A DNA stretch of 64,000 nucleotides from Mytilus trossulus (lineage: Eukaryota), in the NCBI RefSeq assembly GCF_036588685.1, contig NC_086375.1, positions 17,422,001 through 17,486,000 on the forward strand, read 5' to 3'. Made by a program: the position numbers and the translations under genes. Shown here piece after piece: positions 25,687 through 37,125 of the stretch (position 1 is the first letter of the stretch; each line of letters opens with the position of its first letter). The notes under the pieces were generated by a model that did no database searches, was not told where the DNA came from, and saw nothing but the letters and a program-made list of their open reading frames with translations.

Positions 25687-28600
25687 CTGAAAAAGAACAA
25701 AAGGAGAATGAACGAATATTATTGAAGTGGCAAAACACAGTTTGGAGGGACACGAATAGTTAACGTGTAAGACAAGAAACATTTTGCATTTTATTTTCAA
25801 AACTATTGACATGAAATACATTTTTTTCAACAACAATATCCTTCCACTCTTCTGCTCAGTACTGTTATCTTTGTATTTTCATTTTAAAATAAATGTCCTT
25901 TCCAATGTTCTCCCAGCCTGTTTTTCTAAATAGAAATTGGATCTCAAACTTTACACAGTCGTTCTGAGATATTTGTTTTGATTAATCATATAACCATTGG
26001 TTTCTCACAAACTCGTGTCGTCTGGTACTGCTAAAGACTGTGCTGATACTTGAGCTTTGACGTCATTATGTTATATTAATAGATTTAAAAGTAGTTTGGG
26101 CTTGTTTTCTGTTGTTGCAATTATTGTTTTATATTATATTTTTCATTTCTGTTTCATTTGAACACGTTTTTCATTGTTGTTAGTTTAAGACTGTCGGTAA
26201 TACAGAGAAACTATTTTTTCTCATTTTTTTTTTTTTTTTAGTTCGTTCCTTTATGTTATGTTATGTTATGTAATGTTTTGTTATTCGATTTATTGAGATA
26301 AGGAAACGGGTTTAAGTTCTCATAGTTGGTCGGTGTACTATATGAGAAAAGAACATAAAAAATACATAATACTATGCATGTTTAGTATAATCCGGTTTAA
26401 GATTAAAGGAACACTAGCTGTCAAATTCATGTTCATCGATTTCACTCAAATTCTCATTTTTGAATTATAACCATGTAAAACATTTATCCAAATTACTAAA
26501 AAGTCTTAAATAAGCAATTAACCGGGCATGGGCTCGATAATATGCAGCTTCGTTTAGTGTGAATTATAGTCTTGTCGCCATCTAATTTACTACCAAGTTG
26601 ACCTCCGAAGACCTGCGATGGTCATGTAAGCGATATAAACATAAATATAGATAGGAATAGAAAACGAACTCGTGGAATTGTTTTTTTTCTAGATCTGTTT
26701 AATTTCATATTATGGAAATACGCGCAATGCATGCGTTATCAATTTCTAACAAAGGGGTTAAATGAAAGTTCACATGAATACGAATTCAATGAGGTGTTTC
26801 TTAGCTGAATTTGACAAAATTGAACAATACTGGCTGCCCAAAGGGATTATTAGTTCACTATTTCTCTTTCATAAATGTTTTTTTCGTAGCTAGTGGCCCG
26901 TCAACACTACACGCTCATGTGGGCATCTAATTCTACTTTAAATGATTTAAAACTATCAATTTTAATTAAAATTCAAGGTTACTTTTATTAAAAATTTGCT
27001 TTGCTGAAGTAAGGAAAATATAGGACAACATTCATGATAAGTACTATTTGAATGAAATTACAGGAAGGGTTTGATTTACATTTTAGTGGAATCTTGATTA
27101 AATCCGATAATTAAGATTTTCATTACGATTAAACCACGTATTTTTGAATTGCGTAATTTAGAATGATAAATTTCGATTTTAGACGGTCGCATTACATTCG
27201 TTTTAAGCTCGAGATCAGTCTCTTATACTGAACACTATTAGTATCAATTACGTTTTGTTTGACCCCTTTCTAATTTAAAACTTCAAAGTTTTCTTTTTTG
27301 TTGGTTTCAATTTTCTTTCTCGGTCCATATACACACGAGCTGGTAAATTATCCATTTTATCCTAAGGTACCAAAACACAGATATATAGAATGGCACAGAG
27401 ACGTGAACATGATGTTGGTTTAATATCTCATACTGTGGAATCTATATTTTCGTCGGTACCAATTTTCGTGAATTGCGGAAACATTGTATTTTCGTGGATA
27501 TTTGATTTCTTGGTTCTGCCAAATTCTGGATACAAATTTATAGAAATTTGTTTCCTTGAACATTTGAATTCGTTGTTAACCTGTAAACACGAAACGCACG
27601 AATATCGGTATCCAACGAATGATAATGATTCCACAGTATTTTAACTACCATACCTTCAGTATTTCTGATGTTTTCTCATTTGTCGAGAAGACATGATTGA
27701 TTTCTACCAATGCTTTATCGACTTCCTCTAAATTGTTTACAACATCGTCAAATAGTCCAAATATTTCTAATGCATCGTTTTCAAATTCGAAACTGTCCTT
27801 AATGTCTTCTTCACTTTTATTAGTATCGTATGATGGAAAATATTCTGCAAATTGATCATGTTTCTTCAAAAATCTGGAAAAAAGCAATATGCTACACTCA
27901 AACTATCTTATTATAATAATATTTTTGTTACCCTTCGACTCGTTCGGTAGAGTGGTATTGTGAACCAGTATTGTGTTCAAAGGGAAGTAATTTAATGTTG
28001 CAACTGAAAGTTTTCTTCGTCATTTACAGTTCCAGAGCTTTACTTTTTCACCCGTGGTTGAGCTCCATGGATTATTTTCACCTGTACATTTGCTTAACAT
28101 CGTAATATTTAAATTGCAAACCAAATCCCAAAACTTTTAATTAAAAGTAAACTTTTTAATAAGATCAGCTTATATATATATGCATTCAGGCATAATGATT
28201 GAAGAGGATTAACAAACGTCTATGTATGCGATACAAACATTACGTTTGATATCAAATCAAAATCTTTCGAAGATGATTTGATTTACTTTCGATCCATCTG
28301 AAGAAGTATAGACTTGTGTTTAGACCGCTCGAACAAACACATTAGATTTAAAAAAAAAACAAATTAAGAACAGATTGTTGAATAATAAACAAATGCCACA
28401 TTAACAGTTTGAAAATACAGCAATTATTTCGAGTAACTAGTGGTTGAGAATAAAAGATTGCTTGTTTCTACTAAGTTGCATACCATATCATGTAATGATA
28501 ATCACATCCAATATAAGTTGATGAATACAAGTCATTATGCTAGATTGTATATCTATCATTCGTGTAAGGCGTAACTAAACAAAGCCTCTACTTGTATTTG

Positions 28601-29151
28601 TTGTTGGATCAATATTCGTTCATAAAAATACAATTTTATTGCCTCATAAAACAATAAAAGATCTTTGAAACGTGAAATATCAAATTGTCAATCGTAACAA
28701 TATGAAAATATTCATATCATATCAAAATAATAACCGAAATATTGGACCTGCCACTTCCTTGCAATTAGGAATCTGACCGTTCATAGATAGTTACATTCAT
28801 TGATATTTTTGTAAGTATAAAAGAAATACATATCAATATCCTGCAGTATACCATTTTCAGATCAAAGCATTACAGAGATTTATGAATTTAAAACTGCTAT
28901 CATCAGTTCTAATGAAAATAACTGTGGTTGCAACGTTACCTCATTAGGTTTTCCTTTGCAGTTTCCTCCATGGAACGGGTCACCGCTTTCCATGCATTTC
29001 TCAAACTGAATATCTGCCTATATGTCTGGAATGGCAGCCTCGGATCAACAGTTTTCTTAGCTGAGCTGGATTCGGGTAAATGAATCTTTGTTTTCGCCTT
29101 TTGGCTAGATTTAGATTTAGATCCTTTGAATTTCGATTTTAATGCACCCAT
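25549..29151 (-). CDS. Globin (neuroglobin-like/membrane-type), 189 aa, exons 29151-28940, 27873-27654, 25686-25549
   Basis: Exons of 212+220+138 nt splice in frame with canonical globin intron positions B12.2 and G7.0. A-helix W (RNAWKAV), CD1 Phe (AEYFP), E/F helix FDDVVNNLEEVD, G/H helices LGDRYTETTEENFRLLYDFV. Confidence 0.9.
26403..26902. mobile_element. Probable Kolobok-type element in globin intron 2
   Basis: TTAAAGGAACACTAGCT ... AGCTAGTGGCCC imperfect terminal inverted repeat. Confidence 0.45.
27654..27873 (-). CDS. Globin exon 2
   Basis: ttttccag acceptor, AAG|gtatgg donor, phase 2 to 0. Confidence 0.9.
28940..29151 (-). CDS. Globin exon 1
   Basis: MGALKSKFKG...ENLM(R); AG|gtaacg donor, phase 2. 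Confidence 0.9.
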
Positions 29152-31610
29152 TTTGTAGTTTTAAACACACACATAAACAAATAAACACATGAATAAATAA
29201 ATAAACAAATCAAAACATTTCAAAATAAATATCACAATATTCGGATATACATATCCGACCTTATAAATAGAGATATGATATAGATATGTAATTAAATGTC
29301 AGGTACTATATACAAGTCTACACTCGATCTACTACCGTGCCAAGTTTTTTTCTTTATGGATTAAGATTTGCATTCATCTGACGTACTTCTGCAAACAAAA
29401 CCCCTTGTATGTACTCTTGTGTGAATGAACTACTTCAATATTTAGATTATTTCACTTCGACAAACATGTATAATATTGGTAGGTGATAAAATTCGACAGT
29501 GTTTTTATTCACCTCGAATTCAATCACTTTTTCAAAGTTTTGTATTAAGTATTTTAATATCGGAAAGTAGTTATATTGGATTAACTTTTTAAGCAAACAG
29601 TCTAGTATATTACATATAATTTGATATTAATGAAAGTGGATTTCTCTCTATTTGCTAATGAGTCATAATGATTTTAATACTGTTACTTTTTCAAATGTTT
29701 TTGGTTTGTATGAGAAATATATACAAATGACTTTGACCTGATCGGTCAAGATTAAAACAGCTACGTATATAGCTTTGTAGCAAGTGAAGCTTTGGAAATT
29801 TGCAGTATTTATTTGAAATCAAAACTTATAGTCCTAACAATTAAGACATGACAAATCCTTGTTTTCCGTAGTATAAACAAATATGACAGTTTTGACGGTT
29901 AAGTAATTAGGAATTTTGACTGCTTTAATTATAGCTTCTCGAAAAATCCTTTTAAGTGAACTCAAATTAGTTGCTGGTAAAATGATGCTGCGTTACTTAT
30001 AGTTGTTATATATATTGGAGAAATGATTATGCTTTTTCAATTACTTGTTCTATAATTTTATTTTCATTTTATTTTGAGACTGTGGTTTCATCTCAGTAAT
30101 TTCAACACCTGGAGGAATTTGTTTGTCTATTCTATCTTAATTTTGAAATTAACTACAGGTATCTGTATCTGTTTACGGTGTCTGTATTTAAAAAGAGTTA
30201 TGAATATGAAAATAATATTATTTCATTTGTGTGTGTGCAGAAATTAGTTATTTGCTATGCATAAAAAGTGTCTACGCATTCAGATTAGCTGTGTAAAATT
30301 CTAAACACTGAATTACAAATGAGAAAATAATAAAACAAAAACAAAAACAGAACCCCGTTTGATTACACAAACTAAGCATAAAACCAATCCATTCAAAGTA
30401 AGATTATGACTTATATGTCAGCGTTATCTGCAGGAGTTCGAAGTTAAATGATTGAGATGCCTTACTTATTCTTTATTATGTAGATCTATGATGAAATAAG
30501 TTTTTATATGTAATACATATGCTTTTGTTTAGTTCTAGATATCATATGATGGAGAACATAATTCTGCAAAACTTTGACAAAATTCGATTCTCATGATGTG
30601 TACCAATAAAACTAAATAGCAACGAAGAAGAGGAGAGACTAGAACGTAGATCATCATGTGTATTCTGGCTGCACATAATGTACATTGTTTCAATCATTTG
30701 CAAAACAAATCAAAACAATTATGCTTTAATATATCGAACATAAAATTAAATGACATAAACAAAACATGAATTCATTTCATTCATAGTACGGTCTTTTTTG
30801 AAGATGAAAAATAAGTCATAATTAATTCGGGCAAAGTATACGTAATTGTGAGGTATTTGGAGGTATTTCGGATTTTCACAAAAATTTGTAAGCATTTAAA
30901 ACTCGTCAAAATCGCCTGATTAACGTCAAAAGGATAAATATAGCATTTGTATTTCAAAATATAACATTTCTAAACAAGACCATAATGTAATTGCGATGAC
31001 TATTTTCATCCTAATGTTATATTCAATTTATATGAGAACAAAGGTTCTCCTTTTCTCCAAGGAAATCCATTATTCTCGGTATGTAGAGTGAAAAAACACA
31101 GAAAGGACAAAATAAGTGAAACGTAAAGACATCGTCTAGCTGCAAAATCGCAGTGTTTCATGTTAATTTTGACATACACTTTGATACTCGATGTTTTCGC
31201 AGAAAAAAAGTACCATTTTTGAATATTTTGTTTACTGAATTTATAGAAATAGTCAGTTATTGAATGTGAAAATAAATTTACTTGCCGCTTTAACGAACCT
31301 TCTAAACATATTCAGGTCAGTGTTTTCCCTATATTTTTAACTGATTAAATATTTGGAAATTTCAACGCTACATGTATCCTTCGATTGTCAGAAGTAGTTC
31401 AATGAAGTCTAATTTTCAAAAAAGGAAATATAAAGAAAATTACCGACTATTGCGTAAGATTGAGTTTTACCAAAACAAAATTCCCAAACCTTATTACCGT
31501 TAAACATACAAGTGGAAAACCAACATATGGTCAAATTTTGTCAGCTCTGTACATTTGATTCGATAAGACATCACAAACGGTATCTGTGTTAACCAGTCCG
31601 GCCAGACACA

Positions 31611-31767
31611 ATGAAAATCCATGCTTTGGCATTGTGTGCTATTTTGCAATTTCCTTTCTGTTTGAGTCTGTCTGTAGAAATTTTGAAGCCAAACAATACC
31701 GGACCAGAAGCTGCACTAATTATCGTCCCTGGAGCGTATATTTCAGGATCAGCATATAAACCTTTAG
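31611..31767 (+). CDS. Hydrolase A exon 1
   Basis: ATG...CCT TTA G|gtaagt, 157 nt. Confidence 0.9.
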
Positions 31768-34700
31768 GTAAGTTAACATATAAGTTAAAATTAGGGATTA
31801 TTACTTGAACAAAACAAACTTGTATTTCAGACTGCAACGAGTTGTAACAAAACAAAATACTGAGGTTTAAAATCCACAAAAACATTTTTTGACTTTTGAT
31901 CTTGGGAATATAGTTCTGATATTGAACAAGATTAAGGTAGCATGATTTCATAAAGGAAACATTGATATGATAAAAGAAACGGTACCAAACAATTCTTACA
32001 TTCTTTTTTGAATTACACCCCCTCCCACCCCCCACCCCACCATTTTTTCTTTTTCAGACTAGGTAACACGAGCAAATAAAAATATGCAAACAAAGATCTG
32101 CATGGGGTCTAGTGCTACACATGATTTTGGATGATGATGGATCATACAGAGATTTTAAAATGAGGAATCGCTGTTCACCTTTAAAAATTTTGAAAACATA
32201 GGCTTAACTGAGTTATCTAATTCGCAAAATTATAATGGCAAGATTTGAAATAGTTGCCATAAATTGTGAAATGCATTTTCTTTACTGATATAATAGTATA
32301 TTCTGGTGAGGGATTGAAAATACTTCTTCGGTACTATACTTTAGAATCACGTCAAGTTGTTGCTCTGATTAAGTGCTGCATTGATATATTTATATGATTA
32401 AGAACTGTGATGCATTTGTTTATGCGGAATAATCAGGGATGATGCCGTTTGAGCAAGTGTCCACCAAATATTTTATTGGGCAACGGGCGACAAATGTGCA
32501 ACTTAATTTTCTTCTTTTTAAAAAAATATCCTTTCTACAGCAAAATCGTGCAGATTTATGAATAAAAGTGATTTCCCCCGTTATTCAACATTAATTTTAA
32601 GTGGCAACAGGATACCTATAAAACGAGAACTAAAGTTTCAAACCACTTGTACTTTAATAATTTTATGTTCTAACATTTAACTTTATCGTTTGCGGTGATA
32701 CATTTATAACTTACTGCTTAGCTATAACTTACATTTTTCCACAGCCGAAGTTATTCAGAAGAAGAGTAATCTGAAATTATGGGTTGCCTTACTAGACGGA
32801 TTTTTTAATAAACTTGCTAACCCACTACAGCTTCCTATAGTATTTAAAAAAGCTGTGAATGAGTTACAAAAAGCAGGTTATAAAGGGAAGAAAGTGTTCT
32901 TGGCTGGCCATAGTCTTGGAGGTATGCATATTATATTATAACACTGTATTTAATTATTGATAGCTAAATAAATATTTGATTGGTTTAGACTAGTACCCGA
33001 CGTAACATTGAACAGATCCTGACGCAAGACATCTACCTTGCACGAAGTAAAGCGCGTTGAAATAAGATATATTTAGCGTTTAAACGCATCCACACAGCAA
33101 ACTCATTGTCAATAGTATGAGTTTTTAAAGCTTAGTCAGGATATACGTATCTAAATATTGATAATATCTACTGTATTTGTGGATGAAGGGTGGTGGTTAT
33201 CTCCGGGTACAACGGCATCCTCCACAAGTAAAATCTGACCTGTTTTGCATAAAGTGGCACCAAAACATCAACAGATAAATTAAAACATGTGTGTTATAAA
33301 ACTTAGTCATAGGAAAAATTACATGTTCTGAGTAAATTAGTTAAACGTTGAATAGTAGTGTTAAAAACATCTATCAGACCGAACCTAAAATATCCATCTC
33401 CTCTTTTTTAAGTTGAAATATCATCAACTATATGTGAAGTTAATTTAATTAAAGGTGAAGTTGCAGCCCTTTATGGACAAAAAGCGAACCATATTTTAGA
33501 TGGAGTGTTGTTGTTCGCATCTTACATTACTAAGAACAACAAACTAAAAGAGTATCCATTCCCGGTTCTGACCATAAGCGGTGACCTAGATGGATTAACT
33601 AGAATAACAAGGATCGTAGATACATTCGAGTGAGATTAATTTTTAGACACTGTGTTTTTGTTTTTACTTTCATGTACTGTTTAATAAATGTGTACGTTTA
33701 AATGCTCCTCTGGTACCTTTCCCCCTCCTTTAAAGTAACAGCAAATATAAGCCATACAATAATAGTAACCATATAAATGGAAAAGACGTTGAAATAAAAA
33801 AAAAATGAAAATAACACTGTAATACATTAAAAATCAAAATTGAAAATGACTTACTAGTAATAAGAATCCTGTATGGAACCTTGTATAACTGAGCTCGTCC
33901 ATTTAGCGTATCTTTCTTGTTAATTTTACTATATTTTCCAATAAAGGTTTAAAAAGGGTTATATTGTTTATCATTTTTATTTTCAGGGAACTCCAAGAAG
34001 ACGTAAAAAGCGACCCAGAGCAAATATACAGGACACCTGTAGTAGTAATGGAGAGTATAAATCATGGACAATTCGCTTTGGGTCCGTTACCCAAACCTGT
34101 AACTGATCATGATCTAAATCCAGAGGTATCTCAATCTGTAGCATATAATACCATAGCTAATTACTCGAACGCATTCATGGTAGTCGTCCGAAATGAAACA
34201 GATACCAATGTAACTGAAGCTGAAAACATCTTAGAAGACGGTCATACGAAAACCGCTGCAATGATGCAGGTGAATATAATTATGTTCTATATTTTTAGTA
34301 AAATCTGTCAAAACAATGAAAAAGTATTGGTCGTTATCTGTGTTAATTAGTATTTTAGTAGAGTTTTTTTATATTTATACTTATGTATTCTGACCATTAA
34401 ATTGTTAAACATTATAATGTGGTTAACATAGTCGTTGAGGAAAGTTATTTAGAACCTTATAGTCTGTTCTCTGGCACAATCCTGTTGTTCTGTCTAGTAA
34501 ATAATGAGAGGTACTCACAAACAGATACCGGCCCGTCTTACATAAAGCAACGACCAATCCATTAGCTCATAGAACCACATCATATTTATGATAAATTATT
34601 AATAAATGCAAATGGCGTTATATAGCAAAGATTCGAGAACCCCAAATTTCATTAAGGGATTAAGAATTAGTTGTGGATATCTAATGATTGCATCCCCATA

Positions 34701-35332
34701 TAAATCCATGGCAAAGTCAATGATTTGCCGAGGGAAACCACAAAAATAATTCAAACTCAAACCAAAATAGTGGACACAAAATGACATTATTTGTTGAAGA
34801 TTCAAAGAAAGTTTCATCAGATATATAAAGGATAGATGAGAAGGAAGTATTCTGATAATGAGTGTGGTTTTGTTGTTCAAACTTTTGTTTAGTTTATTTT
34901 TTTGTATAGCTGTTGATCTTGGTTACTTTTTCCTAAGCGAATGTTTTTTTATGCTCTTTAACGATTAAATATTGTATACTTTGTATATGTGTCTGATAAG
35001 GATCTTGTACTATAAGGGAAATCAATGCTTTCACATTTTTTGTGACAATTTGAATTATAGGTTTAATTCGAATCAAATTATTCTTTTCATATTCATGTTT
35101 ATACTTCAGTCAAATTATTCTGTAAAAACTAATGTCTTAATCCCGCGATCTGTTTATAAATTTAATTGTATTTGAACATGACATTACTTTAGGAGCGCAT
35201 TAATTATGTTTTATATCATTTTAGCCTCTCTCAAAAGTAAAAGCTCTTGATCAAAACCCAGATTTTACCTCACACTGGACTAACACTGCTCAAGAACTCG
35301 TTGTCAGTCTGAAAAATATAACAGATGTTGAG
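31611..35332 (+). CDS. Secreted alpha/beta-hydrolase-fold protein, copy A; catalytic triad intact; only exons 1-5 found (300 codons)
   Basis: Exons 31611-31767, 32745-32921, 33455-33629, 33987-34269, 35225-35332 splice in frame. Signal peptide, IVPGA, GHSLGG, SGDLDG, NHGQFA. No exon 6/7 homologue before copy B. Confidence 0.85.
32745..32921 (+). CDS. Hydrolase A exon 2 (GHSLGG nucleophile elbow)
   Basis: ttccacag acceptor, gtatgc donor, 177 nt open. Confidence 0.9.
33455..33629 (+). CDS. Hydrolase A exon 3 (SGDLDG)
   Basis: aag acceptor, GA|gtgaga donor, homologous to B/C exon 3. Confidence 0.88.
33987..34269 (+). CDS. Hydrolase A exon 4 (NHGQFA)
   Basis: ttttcag acceptor, CAG|gtgaat donor. 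Confidence 0.9.
35225..35332 (+). CDS. Hydrolase A exon 5
   Basis: PLSKVKALDQNPDFTSHWTNTAQELVV...; 108 nt as in B and C. Confidence 0.9.
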
Positions 35333-36968
35333 GTAATATTATTTTCTATAATTTTTTTTTCAGTAGAACTTGTATAGTAGAAAATAATAAAATGGCAGAA
35401 GATAAATAAAGGCAACAGCAGTATACCGATGTTCCAAAATCATAAGTCGATAGCAAAATACAAATCCAGGTCACAAACAAAACCGATCCATGATCTAAGT
35501 GGATTGTATCCTACAAAAGTATTTGATGTATACGTAAAAATGCATTAGCAAAAATACCGAACTTCAATATAAATTCAACGAAGGGGGAGCAAAAAACAAT
35601 AGATCCCATTTAAATAATAATAACGTTATTCAGATATCATTTCTAGGTTTGGACGTATTGGTCGCTTTGCATTGTAATACCTGATAATTAAAATCGTATT
35701 AGGATCGGTGTATTTATAGCAGGATATGCTGACCATGTAATTTTCGTATCATTCTTGCGATTCGAGCTTATGTTACTTTTCCGGACTTGTGTTTCAACTA
35801 ACGATCATCTCGACACCAACTCAGTAATGTTCTACTGATGATTTCGGGTGCTATATGGTTTAATTAGTTCATCATTTTATTACGAACGCACACTCAAGCA
35901 GAGATCATCATATCTAATAATTTAATAAACAAACACTACAAATTATCTTTCACAAACTTGAACCCTGGATAACCAGTTGGAAAATTCAATGCTATAAGAC
36001 TGAATAAGCACTATTCGGTTGTTTTCTCCTGGAAATTCGGCTTCATCAACCAATAAAAGACTGTTATACACATGATCGTTGAAATAACCAACAACAACTT
36101 AATTTAGTAACTACCGAATCGAAAAAGTTAAAAGGCCAAATAAATTACGAAGTAGATTATTCAGGACCTATAAAATTGTAAAAGGTTTGCCGATTGAAGC
36201 TTATCAATCAATACCTATGATGTACAATTATGGGCTGAGCATCTCTACTTTTAACGAAATAATAAAGGTTTCTTTTGACATTTGCTCTGTATTGCAATAC
36301 AAAGATAATGTTAAAGGGGTCAGAGATATATGTCGAATTGATATGGAATATAGTTGCTATAAATAAATTAAATGTTAAAGTGAACGAAGTATAAAAACTA
36401 TTCTTGCAAAAAAATCAACTAGTGATGCAGTTCTTATACTTAATGCTACGGTTCATCATTAAAAGATTAATTGAACTGATCACCTGAATTAAAGGTTTAT
36501 CAAATGCTGGAGCTATACTTGTAATCAACAATGAGTTGTAGCAAGGGTATAACGAACGTCGATAAGGAAATTGTTTCTAGGAATGCATCACACTTTTATG
36601 GCATGCTGTAACCTGTCGTAAGACTTTTATATCAGAATATTTTTTTACATATAACAAGTCACCACAAATTAATCAAATATACAAGTCTAGTACGCTTGAC
36701 GCGCGTTTGTCTTACTAGGGACGCTGAAATAGTGATATCGGTTGTCGCATTGTTTTTTTTCAACACTGAAAATAATAACTGTTAAATTCCCAAGGCCAAG
36801 TCTATAGTCCAATCTGGTGATAATACCAATGACGCTCCACGGTATGGTGTACAAGTCATCACATGAGGACGATATGATATGAAATACATAGATATGAAAT
36901 ATCCTATTATAAAGATAATCACCTGATAAACAAAGATACACGTATTTGTATTTACTTCTTTGAACAAA

Positions 36969-37125
36969 ATGGATACAATATTCAAAATAGCTTTGTTTTC
37001 TCTGTGTATTCAATCATGTTTGAGTATAAAAGTGACTGTTATGGCTCCAAACAAAACTGGATTGGAAGCTGCAATAGTGATAGTCCCTGATTCGTCTATA
37101 TCAGGAGCAGCATATAAACCTTTAG
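36969..37125 (+). CDS. Hydrolase B exon 1
   Basis: MDTIFKIALF...AYKPLG|gtaaga, 157 nt. Confidence 0.9.

Noticed and set aside
31589-32035. 148-aa minus-strand ORF
   Set aside because: Antisense shadow of hydrolase A exon 1 plus AT-rich intron; no recognisable motif.
36120-36215. ...TATCAATCAA as a remnant of hydrolase A exon 6 (DINQ)
   Set aside because: The segment aligns better to a decayed retrozyme.
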